Shown here: positions 40,772-49,700 of the stretch, one piece after another
Numbering within the stretch: the stretch's first letter is position 1
Layout of the letters: each line of letters begins with the position of its first letter
DNA from: an uncultured Actinomycetota bacterium
GTDB taxonomy: Bacteria > Actinomycetota > Actinomycetes > Mycobacteriales > Mycobacteriaceae
Direction: 5' to 3'
Length of the DNA: 64,000 bases
NCBI GenBank assembly: GCA_963846985.1
Contig: CAWJYC010000012.1
Location: forward strand, 106,506-170,505
Program-made: the position numbers and the translations under genes
The notes under the pieces: model-generated
What the model was told of the DNA's origin: nothing
The model's database searches: none
Seen by the model: only the letters and a program-made list of their open reading frames with translations

Positions 40772-43700
40772 TCGCACAGAGTGCCGAGTTGGAAGTCGTT
40801 GCAGCACAGAATGTTGCATCTGTGATGCGGGCGGTGACCTTTCTGCTCACCGACATCGAGGGCTCGACAGCCGCGTGGGAGGCAGAGCCCAATGTGATGG
40901 CGTCGGCACTGGCACGCCATGACGAACTGGTCGAACAGGTCGTTACGTCGCGGGCGGGACGGCTGATCAAGACGCGCGGCGAAGGCGATGCCACGTTCTC
41001 GGTGTTCGAGCGGCCGTCGGCGGCTGCCGCCGCAGCAATCGAGTTGCAAGACGCGGTCGCTCAGGAGCCGTGGACACTACGGGCGCCCATCCGTATCCGG
41101 GTGGCCTTGCACACCGGGGAGGTCGAGCTACGCGACGGTGACTACTTCGGTCGGGCGGTCAACCGCGCCGCCCGCCTGAGGTCGCTGGCCGTAGGCGGAC
41201 AGACTCTGTGCTCGGGCGCAACCGCCGAGCTCGTCATCGACTCACTACCCGAGCACGTCATGCTCGCCGATCTGGGGTTGCGTGAGTTGCGTAACCTCGC
41301 CCGTCCCGAACATGTCTTCGAGTTGCGACTGGCAACCGCTGAAGTCCACGCTCAACCGCCGACAAGCGATTCGCCGATCGAACGTCCCGGCCTGCCTACG
41401 GTTCTGATTGGTACGGGGCCGTTTGTCGGCCGCGGAAACGAGCTCGAGCGGCTCTACGCCGCCTGGCAGACCGCGCTCGGCGGTGGGACCCGCGCAGCGC
41501 TGATCGCGGGGGAGCCGGGCGTGGGCAAGACGCGTCTGGCGGGCGAATGGTCGCGACAGGCCTACGAACACGGTGCGGTCGTGCTCTACGGCCGTTGCGA
41601 CGAAGACCTGGGGGCGCCATATCAGCCCTTCGCCGAATCGCTGCGGTCACTGGTGCCGTGTGTGGGCACTAACCGGTTACGCGGTCTGCGCGGCGTCGAA
41701 GCCCTACTGTCCCTTGTCCCCGGGCTGACCGATGTCGTGCCTGATTTGGCTATGCCGACGCGGGCCGACCCGGACACCGAGCGCTACGCGTTTTTCGACG
41801 CTGTCGTTGCGCTGCTGGAAACGGCGTCCAAGGAAGTGCCGGTTGTCCTGGTGCTCGACGACCTGCACTGGGCGGCCAAACCAACGCTGCTGCTGTTGCG
41901 ACATCTGCTGCGCTTCGGCGAAAACGCCCGGTTGCAGATCGTCGGCACCTACCGCAGCACCGACCTCGATCGCTCCCACCCGCTGGCGGCGATGCTCGCC
42001 GACCTGCACCGCGACGGCACGTCCAGCCGTATCAATCTCAGCGGCCTGGATGAGGGCGACGTCACGGCGTACGTCGCCAAGGCCGGCTACGACGACGAAG
42101 AGCTCGGCCGCGCGTTGGCGTCTGTCACGGGCGGCAACCCGTTCTTTCTGATCGAGGCTCTGCGGCATGTCGACGAGAGCGGCGGCGTATGGGACCCGAG
42201 CACCCTGCCGCAGGGGGTGCGGGAAGCCGTGAGCCGCCGACTATCTCGCCTTCCAAACGAGACCAACAAAGCTCTTGCCGCAGCTGCCGTCGTCGGCAGC
42301 CGGTTTGCCCTAGACCTGGTCGAGCGGGTGGTCGGCGACGATTTGGTCGACGCGTTCGACGAGGCGGCCAAAGCCGGCATCGTCATCGAAGAGCCCGGCG
42401 GTTACTACCGCTTCAACCACGCGATCGTCCGCCAGTCGCTGCTTGCCGAACTACCTTCGGTGCGGCGCATGCGACTCCATCAGCGCATCGCGACAACGCT
42501 GGAGGCCGAACCCGGCGGCGACGAGCTCCTCGCTGAGCTGGCCCACCACTACTTCGAATGTGCCTGGGCTGGGAACGCGGCCAAGGCCGTCGAGTATTGC
42601 CGGCGTGCAGCCGACCAGGCGATGACACGACTCGCTTATGAAGGCGCCGCCGATCTTTACGGCCACGCTCTGCACGCGATGGACGAGCTTGACGAGGAGC
42701 TTCCTGACCGTGACGACCAGGTCGCCGACCTACTGGTGGCACGCTGCGAGGCTCTCCTGGCCGCGGGCGACGTGGCTTCGGCCGCGGGTACGGTCGCGCA
42801 ATTGCAACAGGCAACTGTCGACTCCGCGCGGCTGTCGGCGTGGGCGACCTGCTTCGACGGACAGCTGTCGATACTGGTCCATCCCGAGCGACTGGACGAC
42901 GTGGAAGCCGGGCTAGAAGCCGCCGCACACAAATTGGCCGAAATGGACGATGCCGCAGGGGAAGCGAAGGCACATACCGTCCGCGCCCAGTGCCTGGCAC
43001 GGCTCGGGCGAATTGGCGACTGCGAAATCGCGTTGGACGACGCTCTCACCGCGGCGCGGCGCGCGCGCGATCACCGCCGGGTCAACGCCGTGCTTGCCGG
43101 CGCACCGCTTGCGGCGCTCTGGGGTCCCAACCCGGTTCCGCGCGCGGGCGGACGATGCCTGGATGTCGTGCGGCTGTTGAGAATCACGACCGACTCGCCG
43201 GCGGTCGAAGCGACGTCGACGCGATGCCAGGCCGTGTTGGAGGCCTTCCGTGGCCGCGACGCGGCCGCCCGCCGGATGATCGACTCAGCTCGGCGGACGG
43301 TCACAGAACTCGGTCTGCGCCATGCGGTGCTGGAGGTCGAGCAGTTCGCCGGCATCGTCGAGCTGGTCTTGGACGACCCGGCTGCGGCCGAACCGCATCT
43401 GCGTAAGGCCTGCAACGGTTTTCGCCGGATGGGCCTGGATGCCGATACCGCCGAGACCGCTGCGTTACTAGGCCGCGCGTGCCTGGAGCTCAACCGGAAT
43501 TCCGAGGCGGACGAATTATGCACGGAGAGTGAGCGACTCGCAGGCAACGCGCTGAAGGCTTCGATTGCCTGGCGCACACTGCGGGCGCAATTGCTATCGC
43601 ATAGTAGTGACCACGTGGAGGCTCGGCGCGTCGCGCAGGCCGCCATTGCCCTAGCCGAGCGGACAGATGGATTGGTCGACCACGGCGACGCCTGCCTGTC

Positions 43701-46700
43701 ATTGGCAACGGTGCTGGGTGCGGCCGGTGACGCGGCCGGGGCGCGAGCCGCCGCGGAGCGGGCGGCGGGCTTGTACGAGCTGAAAGGTGCTGCGGCACTA
43801 GCCGAGCGGGCGCGCCGTGCGCTCGACGAACCCAGTATCACTTCTGGCCCCACGCCACCCGAACTACCGCCGGTTATCGAGCTCGACACTGCATGCGTAC
43901 GAGCGGGTGAACGCGTCGCGGTTGCTGTTAATCGAGGCGACTGGGACGAGTATGAGCGGCTCATTGCTCCCGGGGCTTCCCTCGAGAGTCGGCGGAAGAT
44001 CATCGGCTTCAAGCCGACCGACGTCCCCTTCGACGACTGGCAACGTCAGAACAGACGAATTCTCGAGACGGGTGAGACGCGGCTCGACTATATGTTTGTC
44101 GCTGTGCGAGGTGAGCGCCTCGCCTTGTCTCGATTGAAGGTGGGCACCGGCGATTCGAGCCCCGGTGCGCCAATCGACGAATTCCTCCAGGTGTACGGCA
44201 TCGACGAGGAGGGTCGGGTTGCGTTCCAGATCTGGTTCGATGTCGAAGACATGGACGCTGCAATCGCCGAGCTCGATGCCGTGCAGGCGCGATTCGAGGA
44301 ACAACGCTCACAAACGCGGTGCCTGGAGAACACGGCCACGCGCGTATTCGAGCGAGTCTGGTCGCAATTTGCGGCGGGTGACTGGAGTGCCTTGTCTGAA
44401 GCCGTATCCGAAAGTTACTCCGGCATCGATCACCGAAGGGTCGTCAACGCAGAGAACCAACATGGCCGAGACGCGGTGGTCAACGATCTGAAGGCCGCCG
44501 CCGATGTCGGCTTCACGATATCGATGGTGGGTGTCATTGCGGTTCGCGGCGAGCACCTCGCTCTCACACGTGTCCGTGCGTCGGGCCGCGATCCCGAGGC
44601 GATTCAAAACGATGCCCTCAACGTCATCGAGATCGATTCCGATGAAAGGATTCTGGCAGCCGTTACGTTCGATCTGGAGGACTTCGACGCCGCCATCGCG
44701 GAGCTCGAATGTTGTTATCTCACAGGCGAAGCTGCCGTCTACGCGCGCACCTGGTCTGTCGTTGCAGCTGCTTATGACGGTTTCAACCGGCGCGAGCCCC
44801 TGGCGACTGCGCCCGACTGGGTGAACATTGACCATCGGCGCGGCGCAGGTTTCGCCTCCGGCGACATGATGGCCTACGTCGAAGCGGCCTGGGAAGACTC
44901 GCCTGACACCAAGATCTACATCGGGGCGGTGCATCGGCTCAGCGATATCGGAGCGGTCGTCAGCCATGTGGCGCGCGGGATCTCTCAACAGGGCTTCGAC
45001 GGCGAATGGCGGGACGTCAATCTCTTGGCGATCGAGGGCGATGTGGTCAGCCGCTCCGAGCTGTTCAACGAGGCAGACCTCGACGCCGCGATCGCGAGAT
45101 TCGATCAGCTCAGCAGGCCGACGCCGCGGTTCGAAAACGCAGCAAGCCAGGTGGCTGACCGTTTTCAGGCACACTTCGCGGCGCGCGACTGGGCCGCCAT
45201 GGGAACGATTCTGGCTGACGAGTTTTCCAGTGACGATCGCCGTCGGGTGGTGGGCGCGGGAGTCCGCGATGGTCGACATGCCGAGATCGCGGACATGGCC
45301 GCAACCGCCGACCTGGGCATCTCGCACGTTAAGTCGACTGTCTTGGCCACCCGCGGGGATCGCCTCACACTTATGCGTGGCAGCTTCTCGGGCCGCGATC
45401 AAGGGCCCGGAGCATTTCACTCAGAGGCGCTCGGCATAGTCGAAATCGACCGCTCCGAGCGGATCATCGCATTTGTCACCTTCGACCTCGACGACATCGA
45501 CGCCGCCCACGCGGAGCTAGATGCCAGGTACTGCGCCGGGGAAGCGGCGCCGTATTCGCGCGTGTGGTCGGTCATCGTGGGGGCTTATGCCGCGCTCAAC
45601 CGGTGCGAAATGCCTTCGACGACCCCCGATTGGGTGAACATCGATCACCGGCGAGGTGCATCGTTCGCGCCCGGTGAACTGCCTGTGTTACTCGCCAACT
45701 GGAACCCGCCTGACCTGAGCTTTTCGATCGAGGCGGTGCATCGGCTGAACGAGCTCGGGGCGGTTTTCAGCTCCGTGTCGCACGAGACCTCCCAGGACGG
45801 CTTCGCAGCTGAGTGGCGGACAACCGATATTTTGACGGTCGACGGCAACATGGTTAACCGCTGCGAAATTTTTGAGGAGGCCGATCTAGACGCCGCGATC
45901 ACGACGTTCGATGAGCTGAGCCGGCCGGCACCGCGGTTGGAAAACACGGCAAGTCGCGTGTACGGACGCCTCCGGGCATACTTCGCGGCGCGCGACTGGG
46001 CCGCAATGGCGGCGATTCTCGCCGATGACAGTTCGATGAACGATCGTCGTCGGATCGTGGGCTCCGAGGTCCGTCGCGGCCAGGATGCCACGATGGCCGC
46101 ATGGCGGGCGATCGCCGAGGTAGGCGTAACGAAAACCACGTCAGTGGTCATCGCCGCCCGCGGGACGCGTCTTGCAATGTGTCGTACTCAGGCCTCGACA
46201 AGCGGTGGGTTGAACGCAAATGTGTTCCAGATCGTCGACATCGACGCCGACGAGCGGCTGCTGGCGGTGGTCACGTTCGACCTCGAAGACTTCGATGCTG
46301 CTATCGCGGAGCTCGACGCCCGATACCTGGCCGGCGAGGGCGGGGCTTACGCCCAAACGTGGTCGGCCCTCACCATGGCCTTCGCCGCGGTCAACAGACA
46401 CGAATTACCCAAGCTGACGCCCGGTTGGGTCAATATCGACCACCGACGCGGAGCAACTTTCGCGGCCGGTGACATGACCGCTTACATCCACGACTTATGG
46501 AACGACTCGCCGAACATCAATATGTACGTCCAGGTCGTGCATCGCCTAGACAGCCTTGGAGCAGTGATTACCCAAGCGGCGCATGGCACTTCACAACAAG
46601 GCTTCGAGGCCGAATGGCAGGAAAACTCGATTTTCATGTTCGACGGTGACCTAGTCAGCCGCTGCGAGCTCTTCGACGAGGAAGATCTAGACACCGCGAT

Positions 46701-49700
46701 CGCGACGTTCGATCAGCTTGGCGTCCCGGCACCGCAATTAGAAAACACGGCGAGCCGGGCCAACGCGCGCTACGTTGCCTGCTTTAATGCGCGCGACTGG
46801 GACACAATGGCTTCGATTCTGGCCGACGACTATTACAGCGACGACCGGCGTCGGATAACTGGCACCGGGACCCGCCGCGGTCGGGGTGCCGAGATCGAGA
46901 ACCTCCAAGTGCTTGCGGATTTTGGAACGACCGTGACGGTCGAAGTCATCGCGACTCGTGGCGACCGAATTATCGTCACGCGAACCCACGCCTCAACGAA
47001 CCAGCAGCATGGGTCCCATGCCGAGGCGCTCCTGCTCGTAGAGACCGATGTAGACGGCCGTTTCGCGGCGACCATCATGCTCGACGTCGAGGACATCGAG
47101 GCAGCCTTTGAAGAACTCGATGCCCGATACCGCACAGGCGAAGCCGCCGCGCACGCGCACACGTGGAGGGTAATCGCGGGTGTTTTCGTTGCGCACAATC
47201 GGCGCGAAGTCGCGGCGACGACACCAGATGTGGTGAGTATCGACCACCGCCGGGTGGCCGGATTTGCGCCCGGTGAAGGTTTCGAATACATCCGTGCCGG
47301 GTGGGAGCTGGACCAAAGCCTCAACATCTACATCGAGGCAGCGCATCGGGTGAACGACCTTGGCGCGGTTTTCACTTGGGCGGGACATGGAACCTCGCAC
47401 GAGGGCTTCGACGCCGAGTGGCGGGGTGTCACGCTGCTGACCGTCGACGGCGAAATGGTTTCCCGCATGGAAGTATTCGACGACACAGGTCTCGACTCCG
47501 CCATCGCGAGGTTCGATCAGCTCAGTCGCCCTGCACCGCAGTTGGAAAACGCAGCCTGCCAAATAGGTGACCGCTTCATGGCGCATTTCGCGGCGGGCGA
47601 TTGGGACGCCATGGCAGAAGTTCTGGCCTACAACGTGTCCAATGAAGACCGCCGTCGGGTTATCAGCACCGGAATCTTCGATGGTCGAGACGCCCAGGTG
47701 GCGAACGCGCGGGCGATGGCCGAGCTGTGGTCGAGAAATATGACGCGGGCCGTCTTGGCGACCCGCGGCAGGGACCTTTCCCTCGCACGTCTTACTTTGT
47801 CGGGCAACGGGGTCGAAGCCTTTCTTACCGAGTTTCTCGTCGTCATGGAGATCGATGCCGACGAGCGGATCACGGCTATTATTGTGTTCGATCTCGAAGA
47901 CATCGACGCCGCCATAGCGGAACTCGACGCCCGATACCTCGCTGGAGAAGCGGCCGCCCATTCAAGAGCTTGGTCGGCGATTGCAGGGGTATACGCCGCG
48001 CTCAATCGCGGTGAGATGGCCGCGACTGCAACAGACTTGGTAGACATCGACCATCGTTCACTCGAAGCGATCGGGTCTGGCGACCTTATGGCGTACCTCC
48101 GGGTTGCGTCGGAAGATGCGCCACGGAGCGGCATTTATATTGAGACTGTCCATCGGCTGACGGATCTCGGCGCGGTCACCACCCATGTGGCGAAGTCGAC
48201 GTCACGAGAAGGGTTCGACGCTGAATGGCGTATAACTAGCTTCTTCATAGTCGGCGGCGATCGAGTTAACCGCTACGAGTATTTCGACGAGGACGATCTT
48301 GAGGCCGCGCTCGCCGGCTTCGACGCACTACACCGGCAGACGCCGCGCCTCGAAAACACCGCGGCCCGAGCTTATGAGCGGTTGCAAGAGTGCTTCGCGG
48401 CCCGCGACTGGGACGCCCTGGCTGAAACACTGGCCAACGAAGCGTTTCACGACGACCGCCGCCGCGTGGTGGGCGGATTCCGCGAGGGCCGCCATGCCGT
48501 GGCCGCCGAATTCTCGGTGTTCGCCGAGATCGGCGTCAAGCGCATTACTTTCGACCCCATTGCCATCCGGGGCAGCAGCCTGGTCCTGAGCCGTTCGCGG
48601 GCCTCCGGTCGTGACCGGCGAGCCGACGCCTTCCGCACCGATGTCCTCAGTATCGCCGAGATCGACGCCACCGAGCGGATCAAGGCGCTCATCACTTTCG
48701 ACCCCGACGACTTCGACGCCGCCTTCGAGGAGCTCGAAAAGCGCTATCTCGCCAGTGAAGCCGCTGCCCACGCGCACGTCTGGTCCGTCATCGCCAGTGG
48801 CTTCGGAGCGCTGAGGCGGAGCGAGCTACCGCTGACCACGCCCGAGTGCGTAAGTATCGACCACCGACGGACAGCCGCGTTCGCGCCAGGTGAGCTGAAC
48901 GCCTATACCCGTGCCGCGTTCGACCTCACGGCAGATCACAGTATCTACGTCGAGGCGGTGCACCGCCTGAACGACGGCGGCGCGGTTTGCACTCATGTCA
49001 CACATGGGGTTTCACACGAAGGCTTCGCCGCGGAGTGGCGGGAGGTCGATATTTTGATGGTCGAGGGCGACATCGTCGGCCGCTGTGAACTTTTTGAGGA
49101 AGCTGACTTTGATGATGCGGTCGCAAAGTTCGAAGAGCTCAGTCTGCCAACGCGGCGGCTAGAGAACGCGGCAAGCCGAGTGGCCGAAATCTATTGGAAG
49201 TACTTCGGCACCCGCCAGTGGGGTGTGATGGCGGATATCATCGCCAGCAATTTCGTCAGCGACGATCGTCGGCGCGTGGTAGGCGCGGGTAGCCAACACG
49301 GCCTTGAAGCCACGATCGAAGACATGCGGGTCCTCGCTGACATCTGGTTCGAGAACGTCGCCGCGACCGTCATTGCGATCCGTGGGCAGCGTCTCGCCCT
49401 TATGCGAATCGGCATTTCAAGCGGCGAGCACGGGCCGGAGTCGTTCGTGACAGAGGTGCTTGCTGTAGGGGAGATCGACGCTGACGAGCGGCTCGTAGCG
49501 GGAATTTCTTTCGACCTCGACGATATCGACGCCGCCCTCGAGGAACTCGACGCGCGATACATTGCAGGCGAGTCGGCAGGCCCCGCCCGCATTTGGTCGG
49601 TCGTCGCGTCCTCCTACGCCGCGTTCAACCGGCACGAAGTCCCGGCGGCGGACTGGGTCACAATCGACCACCGGCGAAGTACTCCGTTCGAGCCCAGCAA

